From Gordonia phage Orchid: a stretch of 24,000 bases of DNA. Below, one piece after another: positions 8,678 through 16,671 of this stretch; position 1 is the first letter of the stretch, and each line of letters starts with the position of its first letter. Below the pieces are notes generated by a model. That model was not told the DNA's origin and did no database searches. It worked only from the letters and a program-made list of their open reading frames with translations. The position numbers and the translations under genes are program-made. Location: sequence record NC_030915.1; one strand, 5' to 3'.

Positions 8678-9554
8678 CGTCCTTATTACTTCTAGCTAGG
8701 GCTGTATCAATATCCATTCTTGTTAGTTTCTCTGCGCATACTGGCCCAATGCCACGTTTTACAGACTCCAATATTTCAATTTTTCTGCCGCAAACTGCAC
8801 AGAATTTATACTGCTCGCACAATGCTAGTACTTCATCTTGTGTCATCGGATTCTGATAGATGAGCTTTCTAAACATGGAAGATGGTGACTCCATGAATGT
8901 TACTTCATTACTACTCTCTGACATAAGAGAAACTTCTACCTTGCGAGATTTGCCGACACGGCGGATTCTGAATATAGAATCTTTATAGACATAGAACCCA
9001 GACTTAAACATGTCCGCATTAATAGCCCACTTGTAACGCTCGTCTACGTTTTCCAAAACCTTAAGAGCTTTGGTTATAAACTCTAGTCTCTCATTAGATG
9101 ATTTAAGTGCTTGGTGTACAAATTCTCTGTAGTTAGAAAAAATATTTTTTAGCCGGTTTGCATTATCCAGTGATGAATATGCACGATCATCGTAAATATA
9201 TGATGCATTTATATCTACTTGAAAATGGAATGCTTCAACAAGCTGGTTTAAATTTTTCCTATCTCTTTCTCTGGCTATTGCTGCGTCATCAAGTTTAGAC
9301 CTGTTCTTTTCAATATTCTGAAACAGGGTAGTGATTACCGCATGAGCTTGAGATTTATCAAAGTCCCAATGATATAGCTTAGAATTGTAGAGTTCGGTAG
9401 TGAACTGATTAAACAGTTTTTCTATACCCTCGTCTGATGTTTTATAATCCCTAACTATACTCATAAATCCCTCTATTTGCTCATCTACATCGGTAAATGC
9501 AACAATTTGCATACCCTTCTTGTCTTCTGGTATCTGTTCCAGCTTCTCTGTCAT
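8664..9554 (-). CDS. Protein with C-terminal DUF6011-like Cys motif
   Basis: C-terminus YKFCAVCGRKIEILESVKRGIGPVCAEKL; remainder predicted helical. Confidence 0.7.
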   Translation of the reverse strand: MTEKLEQIPEDKKGMQIVAFTDVDEQIEGFMSIVRDYKTSDEGIEKLFNQFTTELYNSKLYHWDFDKSQAHAVITTLFQNIEKNRSKLDDAAIARERDRKNLNQLVEAFHFQVDINASYIYDDRAYSSLDNANRLKNIFSNYREFVHQALKSSNERLEFITKALKVLENVDERYKWAINADMFKSGFYVYKDSIFRIRRVGKSRKVEVSLMSESSNEVTFMESPSSMFRKLIYQNPMTQDEVLALCEQYKFCAVCGRKIEILESVKRGIGPVCAEKLTRMDIDTALARSNKDGDDD

Positions 9555-9739
9555 GGGACGTATCCGATATCCGTTCCGTAGAGAGCGGTGGTATTACCAA
9601 ATTCATCGCTACATACAAACAGACCATTAAGATCGGCAATACGCTTTTGGTAACGAGAGTCATGGCGGGACGTGTCAATCTTAGAAATTACTTTCCATTG
9701 CTTGCCGTCAAATTCTACAGTTTTTCCGATCATGTCCAT
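9551..9739 (-). CDS. Small hypothetical protein, 62 aa
   Basis: ORF track; MDMIGKTVEFDGKQWKVISKI (SH3-like start), overlaps both neighbours. Confidence 0.6.
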   Translation of the reverse strand: MDMIGKTVEFDGKQWKVISKIDTSRHDSRYQKRIADLNGLFVCSDEFGNTTALYGTDIGYVP

Positions 9740-10215
9740 TACTTGCCTACCTCTCCCTGTGCATGGGTACCGTACTTATGCAGCCAATCGCCTACGGTGC
9801 GTGCCTTCATTTCAACGCTTTGAATTACGTTGTTCACGCCGACCTGAGATTTAAGCAAATCGTATAGTTGCCGCGCCGGGGCCGGGTGAATAAATTCCTG
9901 ATACCAATCGTTCTCGTGATATCCGGCACCATAGGTTACCACTACAAGATATTCAAATCCAGAAAAGTCATCCCTGTCTGAGTATTCTCCTGCCGGTTCC
10001 TCGGTCACACTATCTGGACGCTTAGGTGATGCTTGGGGAATCTGTACTGGTGCGTCGGGACGGTTCTCATCAAGCCATTTTCCGTATGCTTCTTTCTTGG
10101 CTCTGGCTTTACTCTTATCATTAGGTACTGGAATCTGAGGGGGCATCGGGGGAATAATCGGATTGTTCAATTCCTGTCCACCTTCCGGGTCGGAGTTCAA
10201 AGACGATATCACCAC
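9739..10215 (-). CDS. Hypothetical protein (start uncertain: GTG 10215 or ATG 10146)
   Basis: ORF 158 aa; the GTG start overlaps the upstream gene by 95 nt, so a later start is possible. Confidence 0.6.
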   Translation of the reverse strand: MVISSLNSDPEGGQELNNPIIPPMPPQIPVPNDKSKARAKKEAYGKWLDENRPDAPVQIPQASPKRPDSVTEEPAGEYSDRDDFSGFEYLVVVTYGAGYHENDWYQEFIHPAPARQLYDLLKSQVGVNNVIQSVEMKARTVGDWLHKYGTHAQGEVGK

Positions 10216-10711
10216 AGTAAGCCGGGATGACTGCCGGTGTCAAATGGTAATCTAGGCCGTAGCATAGGATTACTTCATTTAGATAAAGTACCGGCATGAA
10301 TAGGTCTCGTGATATTGGACCAGTAGCCGGGGTGAATACTGTCACCGGATATACCGGTTGACTGTATATATTTGAAGAATTAAACGCACCCTCGTATTGT
10401 TCAAACTCACCTATTTCATGCGGTCTACTTGGGCAGTTAGCAGCATCCATCCATTCTGCCGCTGGTGTGTTCATATACGGACCAATGAGGTCTGCGCCTG
10501 TACGACTACCCAGTAGACCGGAGTCCACCTCATATACCTGTGTAGGTGAATAAAATGAGATTGCGTTCTCGGAGTAGAACTGAATAAACCAATCGCCCAG
10601 TTCAATAGGCTTAGGTTCCTTGATCAGATCAATACCGTCAATAACCATCATGTGAATACGCGAAGGCGCATTCTCAGGATGAACGATAGTAATCTGATCA
10701 ATGGTAATCAT
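10121..10711 (-). CDS. Hypothetical protein (start MITIDQITIVHPENAP...)
   Basis: ORF 10121..10759 with internal ATG better fitting the upstream gene end. Confidence 0.65.
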   Translation of the reverse strand: MITIDQITIVHPENAPSRIHMMVIDGIDLIKEPKPIELGDWFIQFYSENAISFYSPTQVYEVDSGLLGSRTGADLIGPYMNTPAAEWMDAANCPSRPHEIGEFEQYEGAFNSSNIYSQPVYPVTVFTPATGPISRDLFMPVLYLNEVILCYGLDYHLTPAVIPAYCGDIVFELRPGRWTGIEQSDYSPDAPSDSST

Positions 10712-10712
10712 G

Positions 10713-10895
10713 TTAAAACTCGCAATCTTTCTTATGACTAATGTCGTGAATCCATACATACTCCATTATCAATATGTCCTCAAACTGAGTAATTGGCTCA
10801 TGACAATTACAGCAAACGGCTTTGGACCTGGACTCTCCATTCAGGGTCTGCTTCATGGAGCTTGGAACCGGGTGGGCGGTTGGATTCATAGACAT
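10713..10895 (-). CDS. Small zinc-finger-like protein (CCNCHEPI)
   Basis: ORF 60 aa; two Cys/His clusters. Confidence 0.5.
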   Translation of the reverse strand: MSMNPTAHPVPSSMKQTLNGESRSKAVCCNCHEPITQFEDILIMEYVWIHDISHKKDCEF

Positions 10896-11025
10896 ATTGA
10901 CACCCTTTCTTAAAGCAGTCGTAGCACTTACGAATGAATCTAGGATTCAGTGATCGTTCCACTCCTACGTACATACCCATGCCGCATCGAGCACAGGTGA
11001 GACTGATTACAGGGTCTCGGTTCAT
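10807..11025 (-). CDS. Zinc-ribbon-like protein (CARCG...CYDCFKKGC)
   Basis: ORF 72 aa with two CxxC pairs. Confidence 0.6.
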   Translation of the reverse strand: MNRDPVISLTCARCGMGMYVGVERSLNPRFIRKCYDCFKKGCQYVYESNRPPGSKLHEADPEWRVQVQSRLL

Positions 11026-11429
11026 GAGTAGATTTTCTCTAGAAGATGATCTACAAGTCTATCTCCCCATTTCTGGTACCAATGCTTTTTACCCTCATCT
11101 TCTCGTTCACTATTCCACCGTGCATCGTAGAGCTTATCATACACATGTGTACTGCACAGCTTACTAATTGAACCATCAGTATTTGAATAAATGTAATGGG
11201 CATTAAGCTTGCAGCGTGCCTTATCTCGTGCAGCCTGAACCTGTTCGTCTGTTTTGCTACCCTTCCGATCCTCATACATTGCATAGGACGGCAGCTTTCC
11301 AAATTTAAAATGCTCGCACTGCGATTCACCTAGAAACTCTGCCACACGCGGACAAGAAAGCATTACCTCTTGGCGAGTATTCAGGCGCAAGTAAAATGGT
11401 TCAGGAAACTTCTGCTTGAATTTAGTCAC
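11022..11429 (-). CDS. Hypothetical protein, 135 aa
   Basis: ORF, 4-nt overlap. Confidence 0.65.
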   Translation of the reverse strand: MTKFKQKFPEPFYLRLNTRQEVMLSCPRVAEFLGESQCEHFKFGKLPSYAMYEDRKGSKTDEQVQAARDKARCKLNAHYIYSNTDGSISKLCSTHVYDKLYDARWNSEREDEGKKHWYQKWGDRLVDHLLEKIYS

Positions 11430-11623
11430 TATGGAATCTCCTTAATATAAATGACAGTCTTATCATCTTCGGAAGTAATAACCATGCCGGTAAACTGGTA
11501 TTCCTTATCGGTATCGGCATCACGGAATACTAAAGGATAAGTTGCAGTACCTTTCTTTCCCCAATGCTTTTGCAAATGGTCGACGAAATTGTGGCCGTGG
11601 CTCTTTAGTGTTTGGCGTCCCAT
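11429..11623 (-). CDS. Hypothetical protein, 64 aa
   Basis: ORF track. Confidence 0.6.
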   Translation of the reverse strand: MGRQTLKSHGHNFVDHLQKHWGKKGTATYPLVFRDADTDKEYQFTGMVITSEDDKTVIYIKEIP

Positions 11624-11887
11624 TTATACATCATCCCCATTCCTCAGTTCCTCTAGTTCCATTTCAAGGTTCTGAACCTTTTCTTCCAGGTCTTCCACTT
11701 CTTTAGCCCATTCGTTATCTAGATCGGTAATCTTACCTGCAACATGATTAGCCCAGAAATTTAGGCCGTTATTTTCTTTGTCGATATTTGATACTGGTCT
11801 CAGTGGCCTAAAGTATTCCTGCCAGTTCTTTGCGTCGTCGGTGTCACAGCCTGCCGCCCGAATGCAGCACGGCCTAGCATCTCTAGT
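11624..11887 (-). other. Open frame without a canonical start, coiled-coil-like C-terminus (possible frameshifted or mis-started gene)
   Basis: Frame reads ...CDTDDAKNWQEYFRPLRPVSNIDKENNGLNFWANHVAGKITDLDNEWAKEVEDLEEKVQNLEMELEELRNGDDV*, stop abuts the next ATG (GTATAAATG), but I see no in-frame ATG/GTG/TTG. Confidence 0.5.
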
Positions 11888-11907
11888 TCATCGTTTTGTT
11901 CAGGCAT
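11800..11907 (-). CDS. Short ORF MPEQNDELEMLGRAAFGRQAVTPTTQRTGRNTLGH*, overlapping the frame above
   Basis: ATG overlaps the upstream gene stop (GATGCCTGA); terminates while the -1 frame continues. Confidence 0.35.
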   Translation of the reverse strand: MPEQNDELEMLGRAAFGRQAVTPTTQRTGRNTLGH

Positions 11908-12109
11908 CTTTACCACTCATTACGTCTTTAATTAGGTTCATGACCACAGTCTTGCCGTATATTCGATTCCAGGATACTGCATTCATTCCCCTAGAAAAGG
12001 CTGTAACAGCTTTCTTCTGGTGGTCGTCTAGTTCGATATCTCGCTTTTTAGCTAGAGCAAATACACTATCGGCTAGATCAAACTCTTCTGGATCGGGCAA
12101 TCTTCCCAT
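11900..12109 (-). CDS. Hypothetical protein, 69 aa
   Basis: ORF track. Confidence 0.6.
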   Translation of the reverse strand: MGRLPDPEEFDLADSVFALAKKRDIELDDHQKKAVTAFSRGMNAVSWNRIYGKTVVMNLIKDVMSGKDA

Positions 12110-12556
12110 TTATTCCTCATCGGGGCAGTATGAATTAATTGACGCGGCGACAATATAGATAATCTCATCCTGAGTAAACAAATTGTCAGTATCACTAAGA
12201 TATAGATCAATCGCTGCCTCGGTACCGGTGGAATAAGTACCATCATTAAGATCGGTACAAATAGCTCGACCGAAATCAATCATCTCTGATTCAACACCGC
12301 CGTATTCAATGGTGACTTCACCGTCAGTAATCTCACCGGCATTATCCAGAAGCATAATAAAACGCTCATCGGGAGTGTCTACGCGGGTCTCTTCGGTGGC
12401 CGGAACGACATTCGTCGCCGGAGCTTGCGTCTGGGGGCCGCTACCGCTGCCCTGTGCATAGCCCTCGGAGAAGTCATCGCATCCGGTGAGCATAGCAACA
12501 CCGATAGCGCTAGTAAACAGCGTAGCGATAATTCGTGCTTTAATATTAGTAGCCAT
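12110..12556 (-). CDS. Putative secreted lipoprotein, DUF732-like
   Basis: Signal peptide with lipobox (...GVAMLTGCDD); C-terminal DERFIMLLDNAG...GRAICTDLNDG...AASINSYCPDE resembles the DUF732 pattern. Confidence 0.65.
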   Translation of the reverse strand: MATNIKARIIATLFTSAIGVAMLTGCDDFSEGYAQGSGSGPQTQAPATNVVPATEETRVDTPDERFIMLLDNAGEITDGEVTIEYGGVESEMIDFGRAICTDLNDGTYSTGTEAAIDLYLSDTDNLFTQDEIIYIVAASINSYCPDEE

Positions 12557-12867
12557 TATACTTCATCTCCTATTTCAATCTCTTCATAAGTAGTTTCGCT
12601 AACTTCACGCCATTGTGTACGGCATTCACCATCATCGTTACGCTTGACGCAATCACGCAAGCGAATTTCCCAACTCTCGGGATTGGTCTGCCAGATTTGA
12701 TTCTGAGTACAGATGCCTTTTGCGTCACATACTGGCACAAGAATAAGACTAGTGCTTTCCTCGTTATAACGCTTCTCGATTACTTCGCCATGCTCTACTT
12801 CATCGCCACACGCCGTGACAATAAACAGGGACATGAATACTAGTGCAATAAGCTTTTTCATACTCAC
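12556..12867 (-). CDS. Putative lipoprotein
   Basis: MSMKKLIALVFMSLFIVTACGDE signal peptide with lipobox; several Cys. Confidence 0.65.
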   Translation of the reverse strand: MSMKKLIALVFMSLFIVTACGDEVEHGEVIEKRYNEESTSLILVPVCDAKGICTQNQIWQTNPESWEIRLRDCVKRNDDGECRTQWREVSETTYEEIEIGDEV

Positions 12868-13106
12868 CCCTTCAACTTATTGTATTCAACAGAATGGCGC
12901 ATAGCCAATAGAGCAGCTTCATTGCTCTCGAATATAAACTTCTTCTTAGACTTATTTGCAATAATAACATTGCCGTATCGGTGCAGTGTGCCATCCTGAT
13001 TATCAGGAGCCGGTGCGGAATCATCCGGCAATCCCATGTCTACAACGCTCTGGGTTGCAGGTACAATAATGCACCGCTGTCCGCAGTAGTAACCACCAGT
13101 TTGCAT
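12864..13106 (-). CDS. Hypothetical protein, 80 aa
   Basis: ORF; CAGGAGAACGAA SD before ATG. Confidence 0.6.
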   Translation of the reverse strand: MQTGGYYCGQRCIIVPATQSVVDMGLPDDSAPAPDNQDGTLHRYGNVIIANKSKKKFIFESNEAALLAMRHSVEYNKLKG

Positions 13107-13292
13107 TTCGTTCTCCTGTCTGTGCGCCTTGCTGATAACTAGACTCTAGACGGTAACCGACACCAATGCAAGGGGGAATTTTTCGCACTGAATGCGACGC
13201 TGAGCAGATATGCGCGCCGGGTGGTGATCTTATATCCGGCCGGCGGCGGCGCTCTTGAGGATGCTAATGCTCTAGATAATACCGTGCAGAGA

Positions 13293-13338
13293 CAACAAAA
13301 GGTCGAATGCATATCCCCTATGCACCGACCTTTTGTTG
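13293..13338 (-). terminator. Strong hairpin downstream of tmRNA, likely terminator
   Basis: CAACAAAAGGTCG aa TGCATA tcccc TATGCA c CGACCTTTTGTTG: 13+6 bp stem. Confidence 0.65.
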
Positions 13339-13401
13339 CTGCCTAATCAGATTGAAAATCACCCACACAACTAGGAGAACACCATAATCTGATTAGTCAA
13401 G

Positions 13402-13815
13402 TGGACCTGGGGTGAATCGAACACCCGTCCTGTCTTTCTTTGTAATAGCTTCTACGTGCGTAGTTAGTTTAAACGTGAGACTCAGGCTTGTTACTAACAA
13501 CCTACCTGAACATCTTTGCCAATTCTTTTTGCTTACACAGTAGTTGTATATTGGCGATAGCTACTGTGCCTGACTTTTCCTTCTGAGTATGTTATAGGCG
13601 CCGGAAAAGCGGAGTGCCTATAACCTGATTACGCCTTAGCGAGAACGCTGTCGGCGAGGAAAGCCTCGACGTCAGCGATGCCAGCGGCAACGTAATCAGC
13701 GTCAACATTATCGTCGGCGCTTAATTAGGTGATTCATTCGCTTATGGTGGAAATAGAATCAAACACCAGCACGCTTCCAATTACTCTGATCAAACAGTCG
13801 AAACCGATCAGGCCC
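13402..13815 (-). ncRNA. ssrA: tmRNA (10Sa RNA), phage-encoded, about 414 nt
   Basis: 5' end GGGCCTGATCGGTTTCGAC; 3' end GGGTG-TTCGATT-CACCC T-arm then CAGGTCC-A; 7-bp acceptor GGGCCTG/CAGGTCC; internal tag frame after TAAGC; strong GTTATAGGC...GCCTATAAC helix. Confidence 0.95.
13629..13718 (-). other. tmRNA tag-peptide reading frame: ADDNVDADYVAAGIADVEAFLADSVLAKA*
   Basis: Reads from the conserved TAAGC|GCC resume codon position to GCG TAA inside the tmRNA. Confidence 0.85.
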
Positions 13816-13842
13816 TTGGTTTTTATTCAATTATAAACTGCG

Positions 13843-13928
13843 TACCCCTGACCGGACTTGAACCGATAAAGCCATAAAGGCTAGAAGATTTTAAGTCTCC
13901 CGCGTATTCCGAATTTCGCCACAGGGGC
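13843..13928 (-). tRNA. tRNA-Leu (anticodon TAA)
   Basis: Acceptor GCCCCTG/CAGGGGT-A; anticodon arm GGAGA-CTTAAAA-TCTTC; variable arm AGCC...GGCT; T-arm ATCGG-TTCAAGT-CCGGT. Confidence 0.85.
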
Positions 13929-13950
13929 TTGCTGTATTTAATTATAAGAG

Positions 13951-14033
13951 TGGAGGCAATAGGATTTGCACCTATCCTAGAGAAATTTGTTCTAGTACTA
14001 ATACCCACTCGCTAAGCGTGATGGTTAACCTCC
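13951..14033 (-). other. tRNA-like element (T-arm and acceptor intact, D/anticodon arms not canonical)
   Basis: GGAGGTT...ATAGG-TGCAAAT-CCTAT-TGCCTCC-A, 83 nt; no convincing anticodon arm found. Confidence 0.35.
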
Positions 14034-14447
14034 CGTATCCCCTCTGTAAGAGAGAACACGCACCGGATATTCAGTTGTCATAAAAATCCTAAGTAATTAT
14101 TTACTACGGGGGAAACATAAATAACACCTAGGAACAATGCACGTGGCTAACTTCTTAACCACGAATCGGCGCTTGCCTGCCTATTTCGTCAGGGGCTACC
14201 ATTATTGCTGGCTTTCGTGCAGGATTGCATCTCCACGCTAGTCCTGTCTACTTACCAGGTTCCCGGTTTCTTTCCCACCGGTAAAGTCAGGTAATGCAGT
14301 CTATATCTCTTTGAACCTCGGAGATGTAGGTGTATATAAACCCATTACCACGACGGTGATGGTAGAGGCACCGATTCCAAAATACTCAATACCATCACCC
14401 GCACTGGACCTAACGCCTATTTATACACGTCCAGTCGTGTTGCCTAA

Positions 14448-15152
14448 TTACTCAGGCGAGTCTGCCTCGTTGTCATTATCGGTGTCAACAGCAGCCTCAG
14501 CATCACTAGCCTGAGTATTATCCTCATCCTTCTTGGGCTTACGGCCCTGTCCGCCGGGACCACGGCCCAACGAGACACGCGCGGCGCGCTTCAACTCGGG
14601 CGAAACGTCAGGCTCGTCACCCTCGTAATCGCTCTCGATCCACTGCACGTAGGTAAATGCCGGAGTAAGGTCGGTATCAGCCTCAGCCTGAACCGCAGCG
14701 AAATCGAGTTCGGCATTACCCTGCAACTTAGCAGCGGCAAGCTGGTATGCACGATGCAGCGTAATAAACGTTTCCTTAAGACGCTGCTCGGGCGTCTTCT
14801 TCGGCGCACCCGGACCGCGACCGGTCGTAGCCTTGGACGGAGCAACCGCAGCGTACTTACGGATCAGAATAAGTCGCTTGGATTCGGCGAACTCATCATC
14901 GAGCATTGCCTTTTCGGACTCATCCTTAAGCCACTTACGCGCGGCGCGCTTAGACTTGGGATTAAGGTCACCGTAAGCAACCTTAGCGGCCTTAACAGCA
15001 TCCGACTTGTCATCCTTGGCGGATTCACTGTCGATGGCCGCAACGGCGGTCTCAAATGCCGAATAATCAACCGGCTCGTTATCCTCGGTCTCAGCCTCAG
15101 GATTGACGGTCTCGTTGGTGACGGTCTCGTTCTCGACAACAGCAGTAGTCAT
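14448..15152 (-). CDS. Acidic/basic phage protein of unknown function (GRGPGAPKKTPEQR... GRGPGGQGRKPKK)
   Basis: ORF 234 aa, long frame, AGAGAG-type SD. Confidence 0.8.
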   Translation of the reverse strand: MTTAVVENETVTNETVNPEAETEDNEPVDYSAFETAVAAIDSESAKDDKSDAVKAAKVAYGDLNPKSKRAARKWLKDESEKAMLDDEFAESKRLILIRKYAAVAPSKATTGRGPGAPKKTPEQRLKETFITLHRAYQLAAAKLQGNAELDFAAVQAEADTDLTPAFTYVQWIESDYEGDEPDVSPELKRAARVSLGRGPGGQGRKPKKDEDNTQASDAEAAVDTDNDNEADSPE

Positions 15153-15219
15153 GATGTTCTCTCTTTCGTTGGGAACCTTGTGGTTCGGTTGTTTGGGTCT
15201 TCAATTATGTGAAGCTTGT

Positions 15220-15293
15220 GCGGCAGAGTCGAGAGTACTTGTTGGTGTCCCGGTGAGTCAAGTTCATCTGAACTTCCGTCTCGACCCTGCCGC
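15220..15293. promoter_or_regulatory. Nested inverted repeat in leader of the 14448..15152 gene
   Basis: GCGGCAGAGTCGAGA ... TCTCGACCCTGCCGC (1 mismatch) enclosing AAGTTCA-tc-TGAACTT. Confidence 0.5.
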
Positions 15294-15381
15294 CGTTGTT
15301 TTGTTGTGACTACAACCTAGCACGCGGGTTTTCGACTGCGCAACCCTTTGCCCTAACTTTTTTCTCCTGTCGGGTGCCTAC

Positions 15382-15624
15382 CTAGGTTTTCCTGCTGAAA
15401 TGCTTCTCATCCACCATGACCGGGCTACCAGGATTGCATCGTCCGGCCATGATACGGGCGTGTCTGGCCTTAGTGTAACTCTCAGACGACACGGACAGAG
15501 TTAGGTGGTTACCGGCCTTGCGTGCCCACCGCCATTCATTATTCAATTCACTTTTATAGACAATAACGTAATCGTTAGCTGCCACGGTTATCATCTTATA
15601 AAGCGCTCGTGCTTGTTTACTCAT
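15382..15624 (-). CDS. Hypothetical protein, 80 aa
   Basis: ORF track. Confidence 0.55.
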   Translation of the reverse strand: MSKQARALYKMITVAANDYVIVYKSELNNEWRWARKAGNHLTLSVSSESYTKARHARIMAGRCNPGSPVMVDEKHFSRKT

Positions 15625-15679
15625 TATATTTCTCCATTGCTTTTTGTGTCTGCTTTTCTAGGTATTTAATCTGAATTGC

Positions 15680-15940
15680 TTACTCCCAATCCAGTTCAAA
15701 TTCAAATGGCTGAACAGCGCCTGCACCAAACCTATCAAAAGCTTTAATAAAGCTCGTTACTTTGTCATCTGGTGGATTTGTTACATGCAGGTTTCTACCT
15801 TCATTTGTCTTTCCAACTAATGCCAGGGGGGACACACCAGGGTCTTCGATGCCCGCATCCGACATTGCCAGGGCAATAGGGCAACTATGCGGTTCACTAA
15901 TGCCTTCACTAATATTTTCTTGAGTTACTGTGATCTTCAT
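15680..15940 (-). CDS. Small protein MKITVTQENISEG..., paralogue of 16303..16569
   Basis: Start at 15938-15940; shared MK(I/V)TVTQE.I..G....CPIALA.....G and (F)IK(A/S)FD.......PF.FE pattern. Confidence 0.7.
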   Translation of the reverse strand: MKITVTQENISEGISEPHSCPIALAMSDAGIEDPGVSPLALVGKTNEGRNLHVTNPPDDKVTSFIKAFDRFGAGAVQPFEFELDWE

Positions 15941-16010
15941 ACCATTCCTTTCTAAAAAACCAGCTTTTATTCGCGCCAATATTTGAAAGAGCCATAATTT
16001 TTAAGCTCTG

Positions 16011-16313
16011 TTATTTGAACAGGTACGGTACAATTTCTTTTGGGTTTGCATCAAATTGTAGTTCATGTCCTTCACGGAATGAACCGGGAGCCTTAACAAA
16101 CTTGCCATATTGAAAATAGTACACAGCCTTTGCTAATGCTTTATCTTTCTGGGCAATATCAAACAATAGTCCGGGATTTAGTTCCGACCACTCCGCTAGA
16201 GTTTCGATATCAATACTGACACCTTTAGTTGCGCCTGTAATCCATCGAAACAGTCTCATGTACCGTTGGTCCGTGGAAGGAAATCCGGCGTAATTACGTA
16301 GACTAATTCTCAT
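16011..16313 (-). CDS. Hypothetical protein (start MRISLRNYAGF...)
   Basis: Internal ATG at 16311-16313 overlapping the upstream gene end. Confidence 0.6.
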   Translation of the reverse strand: MRISLRNYAGFPSTDQRYMRLFRWITGATKGVSIDIETLAEWSELNPGLLFDIAQKDKALAKAVYYFQYGKFVKAPGSFREGHELQFDANPKEIVPYLFK

Positions 16314-16569
16314 CTTTGTACTTTCTCGCTTCAAAAGTAAATGGCTCAACAGGGTGACCGTCGTCAAATGATTTAATAAATCGCTTTGCAACAGAAGGCA
16401 CCCTATAATGATTAATCATTAGATCATTATGCTTGCTTGCTGATATTTCAAATGTAGAAACTTCTACATTATTAAATCCTTTTTCTTTTAATGCCAATGC
16501 AATAGGACAGTTGCATATTTCCCACCGTTTGCCCTTATCAATGTGTTCCTGGGTTACTGTTACTTTCAT
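16303..16569 (-). CDS. Small protein MKVTVTQEHIDKG..., paralogue of 15680..15940
   Basis: ORF 88 aa with GGGAG-type SD. Confidence 0.7.
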   Translation of the reverse strand: MKVTVTQEHIDKGKRWEICNCPIALALKEKGFNNVEVSTFEISASKHNDLMINHYRVPSVAKRFIKSFDDGHPVEPFTFEARKYKDEN

Positions 16570-16671
16570 TATTTTCTCCCTCGAATGGATTAGGCAATGG
16601 GTTAAACGCTTGCATTAATTTCAGCGCTACTTGCGTTGGTACAAATAGCACAGCTTTTATCAAAAAAGCCA

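Noticed and set aside
14180-14290. Additional tRNA genes
   Set aside because: Some T-arm-like strings (e.g. GATGCAATCC, GGTTCAAAG) but no matching acceptor stems or anticodon arms found.
14754-15212. Plus-strand 152-aa ORF and minus-strand 14591..14845 / 14864..15139 ORFs
   Set aside because: Antisense or alternative frames of the 234-aa gene; arginine/leucine-rich composition typical of shadow ORFs.
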